Under the pieces are notes generated by a model, which saw only the letters and a list, made by a program, of their open reading frames with translations, made no database searches and was not told the DNA's origin. Below are positions 10,433 through 25,608 of a stretch of DNA of 64,000 bases, piece by piece (within the stretch, counting starts at the first letter, position 1; every line of letters begins with the position of its first letter). The DNA is from Schizochytrium sp. TIO01. Lineage: Eukaryota > Protista > Bigyra: Labyrinthulomycetes. The position numbers were made by a program, and so were the translations under genes. The stretch lies in NCBI GenBank assembly GCA_004764695.1, contig SMSO01000031.1, forward strand, positions 4,378,436-4,442,435, in the 5' to 3' direction.

Positions 10433-13400
10433 CGTACGGTACCAGTGATGGCCTGCTGTATGGCCGAAACGAAGAAGACTAAATATAAACCTCTGGAGCA
10501 ATGAACCCAATTCTGTAAATATTCGCAACACCCACCGCACATAAAATTTTGGCGAGAGGTTTGCATTTCTTTGTCCGTGAATGAGAATATTTCGCTAATA
10601 AACATCTAAAACATGTAAAGGCTCACTCTGTTATAATCCTTATTTTTACTCATATTTATATAATTTTTCTTGAAATGGAAAGTCGTCTGAAGAAACTGAT
10701 ATTTGTTGAAGAGTTCGGGTGCTTCGTTCAAGGTTCGTAAGCAGGTTGAGAATAATTTACTTTTCGGCGAGTATGCTCATATTAAAAAAATAATAATGCA
10801 AAGAAGAAACGCCTTCATGCCATCCTCCGCAGGATCTATAGTAATATTTTATCTTTTTGTGTTATCGAACGAAAAGGAGTGCCTGCGATCAACATAACCG
10901 AGTAGAACGAGTAATCATATAATGTAACAGTTTTCATGTAAAATCCAAAGCGTTTCAGTAGAGGTAACATCAATTTAGCGTCTAACCCCCATGATGATGC
11001 GCTTCTAAGTCCTTCATTTAAAGCTTCAGGATTGATTTCGGCGTGTATGAGACAAGCTGGGCTTTAAGGAACTTCTAGGTTGCTGCTCGTTTGCTCAAAA
11101 TAATAAATTCGACACCATTTTCGGGTTGTAGCACCTTGACCCGGCTCCGTCTGTCTGCGCCAGGTCAGCGACAGACCTTGCAAACCAGTCAAACTCCCAG
11201 GCTTCGCTTTCAAAGAAGAAGAAGTATAGATCATGGGAAGAAATCTTGGGCACAGCATCCTGCAAGGAATTCTGTTAGATGCTTTCGAAACAGCAAACCT
11301 GATGTCAGTGCCAGTCGGCGCTGCCATTTGCTTGCCTACCTACCTTTCGAGGTCTTGCTTGGGAAGCTTGAACCACGAGTGCTTCCACGTAGCCAGTCCT
11401 CCCCTGCACATCAAATTATATACACCTGCTCTCACGAGTGCTGGCTAGCTGGCTAAGCCCGCGAAGACTTCTCCTCGGCTCCATTCCTACATTCCATGCA
11501 AGGCTTGATGTCGCGTGAGTGGTAGCACTTTTGTCCTCCTCCTCCTCATGGAAAGCTGACGACCCCTCACCTGCTCAGCAGACTGGACTGGTGTCTAGTA
11601 GCGTCTATGCACTGAACGATCTGACTCGGTTGGCATTTCTCTCCAAGTTCTTGTTCTGCATTTGCCAGGGTCGGGTCCAGCTGTCGAGCCCAAGAAACTC
11701 GCTCAGCGAGTGTAGAATACCGGCATTCTTCAAGGCGCGAAACCTCAAGTTCATGGCCATCGTCTGAGACGTTCATCCGTCGCTCACTGTACGAATACGA
11801 AGCTCGGAATTGGTGCTCAATGAACGTCGGGTGCAGGGGTGCTGGGTCTACGCAAGCAGGCTCAGGCCAGGCAGGACCTGAGCTCGAGAGGCCTGCCTAC
11901 TTCTCTGCTGCGCTGTGCTGCGCTGTGCTGCGCTGTGCTTGCTTCTTGCTTGCGTACTTAACACAGGCGCAGGCCAAGCCACGCAAATTACCACCACGTG
12001 TAGTTCGACTGTAGCAGAAGTGACTTCACTCGGAGGGTCGGTACCTACGGCAACCCTCGAGGTTTCACAGACTGAGATGGAGGCGAAGACCGGAGGCGGT
12101 AAGCGATGGGTCCGAGTGAGGGATCACAGCAGCACTTTCGCAGATGGTTATGATATCATGGTGAACACTTGAAGAGCAAAGTGGCGGTGCCGTGGTTTCT
12201 TTCTCTTTTCTTTCTTTCTTTTCGCCAGCCAGCCCCACAGAAACTTTGGTAGGGCGTTTTGTGCGCTCTCTCCATCGGGTGCGTACGGCGCTATAACTTT
12301 GGGGGCCTTTTCAAACATGGGTATGTATTTATGTATTTATTTATTTGTTTGTTTGTTTGTTTATTATTTATTGGTGAGAAGAAAGTACACCATCGATCAT
12401 AGCTTTCCTCTGGAGGAAAAGCAAATAAGCAAATAGATACAAAAAAGCAAAATCAATTCTTTCTCTGCCTTCCCGGTCTTTGGGTCTTCTCCTCTGAGGA
12501 GACGACGTCAACCTCCTTCCTCTCAAGCGCTCGTCCTGCCAGTCCGTCAGTGCCTTTCTCTGAGTCCTTTTGATTTCGCGTTTCCCGGCCCTCTTGTTTG
12601 GAGTGACGTGGGCCCAAAGAGCATCGGCCTTTCTGGCTTGTTATTAGCTTTATTGATGTGCAGTGCACTCAATACATTTCCACGGAAAAAGATCGCTCCT
12701 CCCCTGCTCGTAGATCTGTTTGACGAACAGACTGACAGAGCAAGAGAGATTGTGAAGAATTGAAAGGAACTCGCGCCTCAGCGAGGGCCGTTTGACTGAG
12801 TCAACTTCAGGCCGAGGAGGTGGCAGGAAAGCTAGAATTTCGACTGCAACTGCGTTGGCGCACAGCTACGAGGGTGGCGTTCTCGCGGTCGATGAGAAGG
12901 TCATTCTGGAGTTCATTCAAGTTGTCCCTCTTTCTCGCGGTGCAGTAGGAGTTGTATACCCAAACTATAGAGTCTGCCTGCGGAATTCCCACGCTGGTGA
13001 ATCATTTATAATTAATTACTAGGTTGATTATCATTTTTAAATATATTTAATATATTTATTAGTATTATAATATTATTATTAATAAAATCAATATTATTGT
13101 TAATATTATTATATTGTTATGAAAAAAAAAACAATGACAAACAACGTAATGTTTCAAGTTTCTTTTATTTCTTCAAGTTCACGAGGATTTAAAATTAAAT
13201 TTGTTTTTTAACTTTTGACCAATGGCATTATTATTTTCGAGAACAAATAGGATAAAAAATAACTAGCGTAAAGGATAAGAAGGAGTTTCTCGAGCATTCA
13301 CTTATTGTTGTGTATAGAAGGAAAAGAAAAGGGTTTAGAGTCGTCTCAGTTCTTTCTGGTATAAAAAACCGAAACAAGATCCTTTCAAAGTTTGTTTGCA

Positions 13401-14584
13401 AGTGAGTAGGCAGGAAGGTTGCTGCAGTTTCTTTCTTTTTAGGGCAACGCTTCATGAGGCGAGACGAGACATCTTTCGCCTAACACTCTTTTAATTCTTT
13501 GGACGATTTTTCGATTGAAAACCAACGAAAGTTTTCAATTTAAAAAGACCCTAAACTTTGAAGCCAAGTCCTCCAACATTATACCTCATTAATCTTTTAA
13601 ACCCAGTCTCTGAGTTGAACTTGAGCATGGCATCATGATTTTACAAGTTCGTTCCCTTTTCGGAGTCTTCGGGACCAAGTCACTACGCATCGATCGATGT
13701 ATCTGTCTGCTACCTACGCACAGGGCCGCTGGCCGCGAGCAGGCTTCTGTGGCGGGCTCGGAAACGGAGCCGGAGATCTGGTTCCCCAACCATGTTTTCT
13801 TTGTTACCAATTCTCAAGTTTCACCAGAATTGAAGAACTTGAGGCTTTCTGAAACGAAGAAGGCTCATAGAAGCTGTTTCGCTGTGGGCCCTGTCCCTGT
13901 CCCTGGCAATAGAAGCAAATGCATGCATGCGACCAACGTGCGGCGCCTCAACTACTCGACCCTTTCCCTTCAGGGCCACGCGCGTAAGGGCCCCTGATCG
14001 AAAGAGCTTCTGACCTCAAGTTCGAAGGGAACTCATTCTGGCCACATTGAACTGAGGGGAAAAAGATCTTCACCTGCTTTCACAACTATCGAGTATTCAC
14101 TACGTAGGCCTAACTACGTCGTATGATAAACCCTCAATCTATCTTGACTACATAGCGAGGTACCTATGTGGGCAGTAGACACTCTTAGCTGCCTTCGCCC
14201 CTCAAAAGATCTTGGATATCTTGGGCATCTTGGGCATCTCGGGCGTGGGTTGTTCAACTCTTGCAGGCACCTTGAAGAACTGCCCAAGAAAGTCGCCCAA
14301 AATGAAGCCAGGCACCTCACGAGCTCGCCGGTCGCTTCCTGGCGATGGCTCTCTTCTCTCGATGGCCCAAGAGGTCTCAAGCGCAGCGACGGGACCCCCG
14401 GCTTGAGCGACTTTTGTGTAGTACGGGTGCCCCGTAGCACCAAGTTTGCCAACTCGAGCTCTTGTAGCACCCTAGCTAGTTGCCTAGCTACTGGTTACGG
14501 TAAGAGCCCTAAAAGGCAGGAGATCGCATTTGATTCGCCAGCATCCACGTAGCATTCATTCCTGGCGAAAAGGCCCTCAACTTG

Positions 14585-14617
14585 CACTTCACTTCACTTC
14601 ACTTCACTTCACTTCAC
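14585..14617. repeat. (CACTT)n microsatellite
   Basis: Direct reading. Confidence 0.95.
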
Positions 14618-15949
14618 CTTCACTACGCTCACGAAGCTGCGCAAGAGCGCCGCCCTCAGCGCTGCAACCAGCAGGCGGCAGACCCGGACAGCCAGGCAGG
14701 TCCTTGGAACCCGCAGGTCGCCACCAAACTGGAGCGCAGAACCTCCGCCCGGTCCGTCGCCAGGCCTCGAGGACGTTTGCATGATTTTTATCCTCAGGGA
14801 GGGTCCCTTCCGTATTGGCCTAAATGGAGGTCGTACCTGTTGCCTCTTGACAGACATGCTATGCCTGCACCTTCTGCGGGCTGTGCTTTGGCACGTCGCT
14901 AGCTAGAGAAAAGTTCTTCAAGGGTGCCGAGGAAGAGCTGGTCTCTGCGCAATGCAGAAAAACTAGCTAGACTCTGCTCGCCGATCTTACAGCAAACTCC
15001 TCCAAGTTCGAGTTGGATGCCGCGGTCACCACCCTGGCTGGAGCTAGAACTTCTGCCACGCATCATCGTCATCGTCCCCGAGAGCGTCCCCTACGAGGCC
15101 AGCCAGTTCGGGTTCTCCTTTGATCCAGACTCTCGAACCGTGGAGTGGCTGAAGCTGAAGCATTGCATTCCTTCACTCAGTCACTCGCTCACTCACTCAC
15201 CATCAGCTGCAAAGGTGTTGGCACACTTGGAGCGTCGCCAACTCGACCAACCTGTCAAACTGCAGTGGTCAGCTCTCAACCTCAACGCGACAAAGCGAAA
15301 GGCCCGCTGCTGCAAGGTTAAGATCAAGATCAAGATCAAGGTCAAGGTCAAGAAGTTCAAGGTCTCGTTCTACATCGCAGTGGCGACTGGATGGGAAATA
15401 CGGTAGACAACGACATGATCATCGCAATCTCCAAGTTGGAAAAGACCAAGAGCTAATCCACCACTCACTTCGCACTCGTTACGCGCGATGAGCGAGCGAG
15501 CGAGCGTGTCGAATGAATGAGTCATAAATTGCAGTACGCATGAATGAATGGCGGCCGCTTGCAGGAGGGAGGGAGGGGTCTATGCGCTCCTTCCTGTGAC
15601 ATGAAAAGAAAGAGCTCGCCAGTCTTCGTCCCCGTTAGCTAAATCGGCGGGCCTTCATTGATCGAATGCCATGTCTCTTGCAGCCATGGTGGATGCCTCT
15701 GTGCTCAGGATCTTGTCCTGCATTCATCCGGGCCGACGAGGCGTTGCTTGCTGCCTGCGAACAGCAGCGTCCTTGGAAAGCTATCAACTTAAGGCCTCGA
15801 AGTTCGTCAAAATGTCATATAGATAGCCACATTCGACTATCTGTCCCTAGTTTCCAAATCACTACGTGCAGCATAAGTGACTAGAGATACTGCTACCTAC
15901 CGGAGTAGACAGCGCCTAGCTAGATAGGACCTAGCAATATGGTGGATTA

Positions 15950-16015
15950 ATTAGTTAGTTAGTAGCTAGTTAGATAGATAGATAGTTAGTTAGTTAGTTA
16001 GTTAGATAGTTAGTT
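15950..16015. repeat. (TAGT)/(TAGA) compound microsatellite
   Basis: Direct reading. Confidence 0.93.
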
Positions 16016-17308
16016 CTTCACGGTGTGAGTCGATCATCACCCAAAACGAAGTAAGGCCTGCTTAATTGCGCATAAAGGAAACTCGGAAGCCCCCTCCATT
16101 TTAAAACTGAAAAACCGGAAGCGGAGACCGCCGTTTTCCCATTTCTACATATTTCTTTTAAAAGTAGTTTCACTACCCCCCAAATTGCGCTCTTTCAAAA
16201 TTTCAATAAGAGATCGAATCTTCTAAGGGTGTAGTGTATGTGCAGGCAAAGCATATTGGGCAGTTTCACTTTCATTCCGTTATGGCGTTACAGCTGGAGA
16301 GGTTACGGTACAGCGCGCGCAGCTTTAAGCGTGTGGCTTTTTGAAAACGCACTTTTCCCTTTGGTAATTTCCAAAAGGGCCAGTTCAGAGCTCGTTTTCG
16401 ACCTCTTTCGGTTTAGACTTAGGAAGAAAGGTCGATGGGCCGTGGGCCTTTATCTATCTAGCCATACTGATGCTCCTTAGGCGAACTACCTTGGACCACA
16501 AGAAGTAGTAGGTACGACTTGATACGAACGAATGCTCGTTTGCAGCGCACGCGGCGCTGCGTCATGAGCCATGATCGCGCAGGTAGCTGAGCTAACAAGA
16601 GGCCTTCTTTCTTAGCCCGCGTCGAACAGAAATCGTGGGGATTTGTGAGGCAGCGGGACAATTAATTCCGCTGGCATGCAGATTGATGACACTAAGAACA
16701 AACAACAGCTCGACGGAGCATTTGATTTGTCAATCTCAAACAAACTCAGCTCTGGAGAGGCGCCTGAGCGAGAGCAGCTTGCTTGCTCTTGATGCCCAGG
16801 CTCTTGATTGGTCAGGGAACCAATGAGACCCGTGGTCTCGGAGATGGTGGATGGAGATAGAGTTGCCGGGGTTCGACATTTCTTCGGTGCCTCCCTCGGT
16901 CTCTGCCGTCAAAAGCCGAGGATAAGCAAGCCTGGGGCATCGGGGTCAATTCTGAAGCACTTCGTTCTGACTGAAGCCCATTGCAAGATCGGCGTTCGTT
17001 CTCGGCTCTAAACGAACAGCTTTAGTTATCAACAATGGCAACCGGACCTTCACAAGATACAGACGTACCTTCTGCCACGCTTCAGCTGCCTGTTCAACTT
17101 ACAATTTCAATTCTACAGCACAGGTACTGCTTCTTGATAAATAAACCCGGGTTCAGACATTGAGTGACAGTTTGCCGTGGATGACAAGCATTGCAAAGCT
17201 ACCAACGCCTACCTGCAGCCGCAATGGTTTCGTTACATTGTCTCGAAGCCATCTTTAGCGTTCAATCCAATCTCATCAGCGTTCTCGAGTGAAACAGTAG
17301 CACTCGGT

Positions 17309-17371
17309 ATTCATTCATTCATTCATTCATTCATTCATTCATTCATTCACTCATCCATTCATTCATTCATT
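17309..17371. repeat. (ATTC)n microsatellite
   Basis: Direct reading. Confidence 0.95.
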
Positions 17372-18704
17372 GAGAAAGATCATCGGCTTGTTGTCAGGGA
17401 GAAACCTCATCAATCCAGGCGAGATGACTTGAGTGCTTTCTTTCTATTCAAGCTCACATGGTGAAACTGAAAAGAGGAAGGTCCAATCTAGGAAAACACA
17501 GTGCCTAGGAGTGCCTTAGTGTCTTCACCAGACGGTGCTGCTGGTCAAAGAACGGGAAAGAAAACCCTTTCAGCTGCTTTTTACTTTCGTTAAGTCATCT
17601 ACTAGTGTAGCATATCTTAGGTGGTGTTATTGCTATATACAGAAGATAGGTACATAAGATAAAAACCAGAGAGGAAGAAGAAGATTAAAGTCTTTAAGAA
17701 AAGAAAAAAAGGAAAAAAGGGTGGTTTTCTATTTTCGAATAAGGTATTCTAATTTATTGAAATACACGTAGTCCGGTAGTCTACTAAAGAGGTAATTTCT
17801 TTTAAAACCGCAATATTTCTTTTTCTTTTCTTTCTCTTTTCTTCGTGAATTCTCCTTTATTGAAGAAAAGATGAAACTTCCACCCTCTACTTTACACTTT
17901 TCTCTACTCGTTTATCTTCCATCTCCTTAAAAGCAGTTTTCAATCTAAAACCTTTTAAAACCAAATATGACATTAAAAAGCTATTTTAAAAATATTTTGT
18001 CTCGAGAGCCAAAACAAGACGAGACAAGACAAGACAAAAAAACAAAACAATTAATTTAATTTTTATTTTAACATATTTGTTTTTTCTTTCAAAGCTATGA
18101 AAACATTTATTCAAAAAATCAAAATAAAAATCATGAGCTTACACCGCGTCTTGTGGCGAGAAGAAGCCCGCGAGCGAGATGAGAGTTGGAATGAGACGAC
18201 CCCTCTTTCTTTCTTTCTTTCTTTCTTCTTTCTTGTTTTGGTTTCGCGTCCTGTGAGAAAAGAGGATTAAGTTCTCCTGAAAAAAGCAGGTTTAATGAAA
18301 TGTAGTGCATTTTTCGGGCGGATACGAGGGAAGACGATGAGTGCCCATCACCGTCGCAGCAGAGCAGCAGTACGGCCGCAAAGGCTTTCAGATCGAGAGC
18401 GACTTCGGCTCGCTGGGCACACGCCTCCTCGCTTCCTTGCTCAGTTTCATTGAAGTAACTACGTTCGCTCGTGCGTCAGCAGAGGCAATCGAAAGCCTGT
18501 CTTCTTGTTCTTCTTGTTCTTCTTGTTCTTGCCGGATCATTCTCAAGTTCATCAAATGACGGATTTATGTCCATCTCACGCTTGGTTTTAGGGCGAGGAG
18601 AGCAGGTCTCGCGACAAAGTCGGGCTCAAGTGCGATGATGCCAGCACGGGTATCCTTGCCTGCCCAGGGCGAGCAGGGCAGAGTATGTCATCTCGAAGAA
18701 GCTC

Positions 18705-18717
18705 TTGTTGTTGTTGC

Positions 18718-18754
<37 letters not shown>
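18705..18754. repeat. (TTG)n microsatellite
   Basis: Direct reading; the source of the spurious polyQ/polyV ORFs. Confidence 0.95.
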
Positions 18755-19358
18755 CGAGGAGAGGCACCATCAGAAGAAGAAATTGGCACAGATGAACAAC
18801 ACCACAGAAGAACCAAATTCGAAGTGCGCGCTGATGGATAGTTTTGTAAGCTTCGGTGTCCCATAGTTTACGGTAGCCGGCGCCTAGACGGGAGTGGAGT
18901 CCGAAGAAAACCCGACGCCGGTATCGAGATGGGTCCAGGTCCAAATGCCGGGATTTGAGTGCAATGCAATGCCCCGAGCTCGCTAGCTAGAAAAGGCCAA
19001 GGTTGAGTGTCCCGAGACTGACTCGAGGCCAGAGAATTTGGATACCAGAGAGAGCTTTGGGCGAAGAGGCGGCGCCTCACTGGAGCAGGTTTATGACAAG
19101 CGCTTGAATTGGAATTGGAGCGTGGGGTAGTGTAGAGCCTGGTTGTTTGCTCGCGAAGTTAGCCTGGCGGCACACGCGCCAGCCTTTTAACCAAGACACT
19201 TGTAGCGATGATTTGCCAAAGTGCGCCATTTGTGACAAGAACGAGATGATTTTTACAAACTCACACGAATGTTGCTTTTGGCGTGGGTTGCTTGAGTTGT
19301 TGGGAGAGTGCAACTTCTAGTATTAGGTATCTGTGCTCAAGTAACGAGAACTTCAAGT

Positions 19359-19492
19359 CCAAAGCCTAGCTGATGGACACCAAGTTTGGCTAGCAATCAC
19401 TGCTGTGATAAGATAGTTAGGTTTAAACCCAAAGCCCAGATGATGGACACCATGTTTGGCTAGCAATCACTGTTGTGATAAGATAATTAGTT
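19359..19492. repeat. Diverged tandem duplication, 2 x 70 bp
   Basis: CCAAAGCC..TGATGGACACCA.GTTTGGCTAGCAATCACTG.TGTGATAAGATA.TTAG at 19359 and 19429. Confidence 0.9.
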
Positions 19493-22400
19493 TTAGGGCT
19501 AACAATTTCTATAGTCATTTGAGCATAGAAGCTCTCTTTCAGTTTCCCTGGGCATCCAAAGTTGGGAAGCCTTATCATACTGCAGAGCGTGGAAAGCAAA
19601 GCCTGGTCATTAAAAAAGATCTCTGTAAGAAGGGACAAATCAACAAAATCATCTACCGTGTGGAGAGGTCAAGGCCAAAGAGAAAACAATAAATATTTGA
19701 ATTTTTGTTCGGGATTCCCATTCGTATGATGAAATGCCTCTAAGATGACCATTTGTACGAACAGCCAATCCCTAAAAAAGAGCAATTGTTTTTAACTGGG
19801 AATAATGTTGAACTTGAACCTATGCGCTGCAAACGAGAGCAATTGCGCAGATTTTGGATTTCCACATGATCTTTGAATTATTCGACTAGGCTACACGCAG
19901 GAGGGAGTAGCTCTACATTGTCAAACAACTTCTGTCGTTTTGAGGTGTGCGACTGACTGTACTGCGGATTTGTTAATTGACACTAGTTTATCTGGTAAGC
20001 CATCATCATGGAAACCTGAAGGGAAATTTAATGCTTAACAAACCTGCTCGTCTTGTATTTTTTATTTTTTAAATGCAACGAATATATTCAGTTGCTCAAT
20101 AGAATATATTCGTAATCGCCGCACGGAAAATATTTAAAAAAAAAATCGCTACTGCCACAGGTGATTTGATAACTAAACTTTGAAGGAACATGGCATCGAG
20201 AGAACACAGATAACAACCTCTAGAAAAAGGAGAGGGAAACATCAGCCAGGTGTTTCAGTTTTATCATGAGATTGCGTTACTTGAAATCTCTGATTTCCGA
20301 AAGCGCAATTTGATTAAAAAAGAATTAATGTAAAATAAAATAATTTTGGAAAGGAACGTAATTCTACAAAGATAGTATATTGCATTGTACTAAATGTCTC
20401 AACTAATAGGACACAATACAGCTCTGGCTCTAGGATTTTGTCAGCCACTCGGGCAGCCATACGCTAGAGTAGATAATGTTGGAATTGTGTCGTGCCATAA
20501 ATGCCACACGTTGGATCCTGAGTGACTTTTTTGTCAGCCGTGGGCATCCTCGGTGCCTTAGGCATATCATTCTCGACGAGTCAGCGGTATTGTCGATTGT
20601 GATAGTTGGATTCTCCAAAATCAAAGGTAGCTCAGAGCCAGACTAGTATTCCGTGCAGAATTCTAAGTATTTGGTCTCGTGGTATTACTACTGCAGGACT
20701 ACCATTTAACAACTGTAAAGAAGGACTCCTTCAGTGTGTTTACGCTCAAGTTTCACCTTCTATAAGAGAGACTACAGTATTGCTTGCATAGGGTAGAAAC
20801 TAGCAATGGCGCGCTTCCTATCACAAGTCTTCAAGCCTGGCTTGCGACTCGTGACCCTACTACGCCTTTAGGGCATTAGAGCAACGCAACAGGGCCAACC
20901 AAGCCTGGAAACTTGCAACAGACTGGCCAAGGTAGGCTGTTTCGATACCACTCTTGCTGACCTCGGACCCTTCTACCTACTATTGCCTAGTAGGTTGGAA
21001 GTCCCCTCTAAAGGCCTATTTACTCCGTAGATAGCAGGTATCACTATTTGAAGGAACTGGCAAGTTTGGAACAGAACGAGTCTCGGGGAAGTCCATAGAA
21101 CTAGTTAATGAAAACATATAGGAAGCTAAGTGTGCCACGTTCTCTGCATGAGCGCTGACTTCGGCAGGTTGTCCCTGGTTTATCACAGGACTTAGTGACC
21201 CTATAGTTATATAGTTATACATAGTTGTACGCTAGAACGAGGATGACGAGGCCTGTGTTTTCCTCGATGAGACTTCCTCTTACTGTGTTTCTTTCGGCTT
21301 CTGAGACTAGCAAAAATACTAGGTACGTGGGTAGGTACTTAGTAGCAGAATTCGAGAAATGAACATTGACATGAAGAAAGGAAGCCTGCCAGCAGCCTGG
21401 GAAGCAGCCCAGGCCTTGGCCGCTTAATCTTTTAGGCTCCTAAAGAAGCGTCCTCGAAGGCCGAGGCGTCAAAGCTGATTAGTCATCTGCGTTGCTCCTG
21501 AGTCCTGTTGCAGGATAGATCTATACTTTAATGAAAGGATTTACTTCAAGAGAAAGATAAGTCTCTGATTTGTGATGATGATTTTTATTTATTTAATACT
21601 TGCTACCCACGGCCTTGATTGTTAGTAGTTTGTAGGCCAGAACGAAATGTATTGCGTGCTATAATGTACAGCCGGACTATATTTGTATATTATTTTCTGC
21701 GGACCCGACATTTGCATTTCAACAATAAAACAAACAGGGGTCCAAGATGGCTCGAGGTGGGTAAGAGAGTCTCAAGTAACAAGAAGAGTGGCTTTGCATT
21801 CCCTGCCAAGGTGGAAGTTTTGTAACAATCTTAGTAAAGGCCATACTTCTAAGCTTTGAGGAGGTTTCCTAGGCAATCAGAGACCAGGCACTGCAAGTCT
21901 ATTAGTCCTTCTCAAAGTGCTGGTGAAATGCATACCATGCCATGCCATGCCATGCCAACACTCATTTCACTTATTGTGTTCCACAGGCAATCTGCTCGAA
22001 CTTTTTGTTCTTGCCATCGTAATCGTAATAGAAGATCCAGGCCGCGTGCCGAAGGCCCATGGCGCAGGAAAACCTGATCCTGCGATGTAGGTAGAAAGCT
22101 AGAAAACTTGTGACACCCACTAGTACTCAAGCTCAATGATGTACCTCGAGACCTTAGGATTCTCTAATAGATTGCAGGACAATAGACAAAACGAAAATGG
22201 GGCAAAACTTTGCTTGCTTCTGTGGTACTTTGAGAACATTGTTAACTAGCAAAGATTTGAGTTAAGGCCTTTTGCAAAGACTATGTCACAGCTGGCTGGC
22301 TTTGTCGGCCCGTGGCAGCACTTGAAAATATGCATAGAATACCCTTCTCTTGCCTTCTAGCCTCAGCATGCATGCTGGTGGTCACTTAAGTCTCTCGCAG

Positions 22401-23459
22401 GTCCGACTAGGAGGTAGACAAATTCATTACAACTAGAACTAACTGATTTACCACTCTGTGGAGGTTTGTGAAACCTTGTTCCCTAAGTCTTTCATATTAT
22501 CGATGTAGGTCCTATTCTTGTCTGCAGAGCATAATAAATATGTAGATAGGAGGCTATGTTCTTCCCCAACACAGGTAACTCGCAAAGGAAGCACGCAGTG
22601 CTCCTCTCGTGGGAGACCAAGTTCGTGACAGGAATGTTTCAACATTAACTTTTCACACAAGTTTGGGCGGACTTCAAGGAGGATTAATTAAGAAGCGGAA
22701 TTTTGATTGATCGATCCGGGCTGTATAAACTTGAAAATGCAAACCTCAGCAGGAAAGGTACATGCGCTACTTCAATTAGGGCGGAAGGTATTCCCATGAT
22801 TGGTTATTTTCAGAATGTAACAAACAAAAACTTCTGCCTTTCTACCAATCCAATATGGTAACACTACCAGTGGAAGAATACTCCTAAGAAAATTGACAAA
22901 TTCAGGAAGAATGTTTGCAATCAGAAGAGTAAAAGGCATTCCCTAGTTTTGGAAGTCCGCACTCTAACTAGAGAGCACTCTTGATAGAGAGACATGTATT
23001 TCGCCTGTTCTCCCTCGTGTTAGAATAGTGGAGATTAAACGCAGCTCGGAGGCTTCAACGCAACTCAAAATCAGAGCTCTCGTGGAGGTGGGCTTTCAAT
23101 AAAGGACACAGTGTAATCTAAAGTTTTCCTTTCTAACAATATTTTTACAAAACACATTCCACTTTATTTTTAAAACTTTTGATGTAAAAGTTTTAAAATT
23201 GAATTCTAAATTTAGAAGAACTTTTCATTAAGTGTTTTTTTTTTTAAAAAAAATAATTTTATTATATATATAATGTATTTTAAAATTAAAACGAAAAAGG
23301 AAAAAGAAAAACAGAGTTCAAAACAACGCAGCAATTAGAAGGACAGGTGTACCCAGAGGAAGGGACTCTGAAGTTGGAATGAGTTTTTCCTCCCTCTCAT
23401 CATCGCCTTTAAAGAAAAGCGCCCCATCGATCTATTGCTAACTATCTATTAGTGGAGAG

Positions 23460-23460
<1 letters not shown>

Positions 23461-23550
<90 letters not shown>
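23461..23550. repeat. Long (GAAA)n microsatellite, about 22 units
   Basis: Direct reading. Confidence 0.97.
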
Positions 23551-24032
23551 AGCCATAGTCCGAACCTCCCAACGAGAAGAAAGCGAGGCTAAAAAAAAAA
23601 AGGCGGAGAAGAGGCACCTCCAAGAGCAGCGAAGGAAAAGGTGGCGGAGCTGAAAGCAGCTCAAGTTCCTAGGTACCTACCAGGCACGGGCAGGATGAGC
23701 GAATGGTAGATCTTGCTTGGTCTTCTTCTCCTTCTCGTCTTCTTTCCTGCCTGGAAAAGGCGCCAAGCGAGGAGAATAATAATGGTGATTTTAGTATTAA
23801 TAATAATAAATAATAAATAATAATAATGATTTCAATGATATTAATAACAATAATATGAATAATAAGAAGAAGAAGCGTGGCTGAAGATGATCCTCAACGT
23901 CGATTGGGTCCGTTTGGGAGAGACTCGGAGCACCATAGGAGGTCCGTAGAACCGCCAGCGATGGATTTTGTGCGTGCTATCTTCATTCGCAGCAGCTGAG
24001 GACATGAACGCGGAGAAGCAGAGGTGCGCTTC

Positions 24033-25476
24033 ACTCACTCACTCACTCACTCACTCACTCAATCGCTCGCTGATGCATTCACAGAGGAGCGAGAAGAACC
24101 TCGAAGCGGTTTGTTTGGCGGGTAAATAGCGCCTTCGTGTCTTACTTACTATGCAATGTAAATGATTTTGCTGTCTTGGAGGGAACTTCGAGGGTGGTAG
24201 GTACAGTGGTCCTGGCTCACATTCGTCTTCCTCGCGCTTGCGCTTATCTTACACATGCCGCAGGGCCTCCTTCCAAGCCTTGCGAGTCGAGTGCTGTCTC
24301 TCAGTCAGAGTTCACGCAAGCAAGCAAGCAAGCAAGCAAGCATGCAAGCGAAAGCCTCGTTTCGATCGTGCTCGATAACCCGTGCCAGCCGCCGGTGCTG
24401 CGCTGTAAGTCAGTCTAGGCAGACAGGCAGACAGGCAGACATGTACGCTGCAAGCAGCAGCCATCGACCTTGGATTAGACGCCGCTCCCTAGACGGTTAT
24501 TCGTTAGACAGTCAGTCAGTCAGTCAGTCAGTCAGTCGGTTGAGTGAGTGAGAGATTGAGTGAGTTCCTAAGTCTCTCGTGGCGAGGAAGTTACTCGCTT
24601 GGTTGGAGACGACGAATGCGGAGGAGGAAGCGCTTATTGCCAACACCGCCGCGGTGATGGCAGCAATGCCACTGGAGCGAACTTCACTCGTTCCACAATG
24701 GGCGGCAAGCAGGACAATTCTTGCAGCACGGTTCTCGTCTTTCCAGCGAGCAAGCTGCCAGTTCTGCCAAGCAGAGATCATGCCTGGGTGCAGCTGGCAA
24801 TCGAGACCGAGACCGAGACCGAGAGCGCCATGCAGCGCCTGCATACATACATGCATACATACATACAGAAATAGACGCATCCATGCATACTGCATACACG
24901 CATGCGCATTTATGATGCAAACGTGGCCAGCGATGGCGGCACAGCGGCCAGGCCCCGAACTCTGAGTCTATCTATAGCTGGCAGCGATGACTTCATGAGG
25001 TTTCTCTTGCTGTGCACACAGTGCAGAACCAGGGAGCTGCTGCACGGCGGATGGGGCCTTTGAGCAGCGCAGCAGGTGGAGCAGATACGTGTCAGCAAGG
25101 CACGCAATGAATGGTACGGAGTACTTCGAACGTTTTGTTTTCCATCCCAGGTTCAGGATCTCAGGAGTTTCCAGAGAGGCAGCTAGCCGAGCAAGCTTGC
25201 CTGCTCTAGAGTTAGTACGAATCGTTGAAGGAAGGGAAGCGGGGCAGCCTCCTCAGCGACGGCGGGCGTTGTATCATCGCTTGCGCAGTGTTGTACGTTC
25301 GCTCAAGTCCGCTTGCGCGTTGAAAGCCGGGGTGTGGGCGGTGTATCCATCTACCCGTTTCTTGCTGTGTATGCAAAGTGGGTTCCTTCGATTCAGCATA
25401 AAGAAAGCCTTGGCCATCGCTGTTGCTTATACAATGAGCAAACGCAAGCTCGCACTGCTCTGTCGCCGTTTCTAAA

Positions 25477-25511
<35 letters not shown>
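24033..25511. repeat. Dense microsatellite cluster: (CACT)n, (GCAA)n, (CAGT)n, (GAGACC)n, (CATA)n, (GCTT)n
   Basis: Tracts near 24033, 24317, 24508, 24802, 24842 and 25477. Confidence 0.9.
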
Positions 25512-25608
25512 TTCTCCAGCGTGTTGACCGCAATCTCTGTTCTCGACTTTTCTGTACGGAGCTCTGTCCTTTCTTTCAATAAAATATCTTCTCCTTTTAT
25601 GCCGCACA

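Noticed and set aside
18588-18944. PolyQ-containing ORF
   Set aside because: The polyQ comes from a (TTG)n tract; non-ATG start and non-coding-like flanks.
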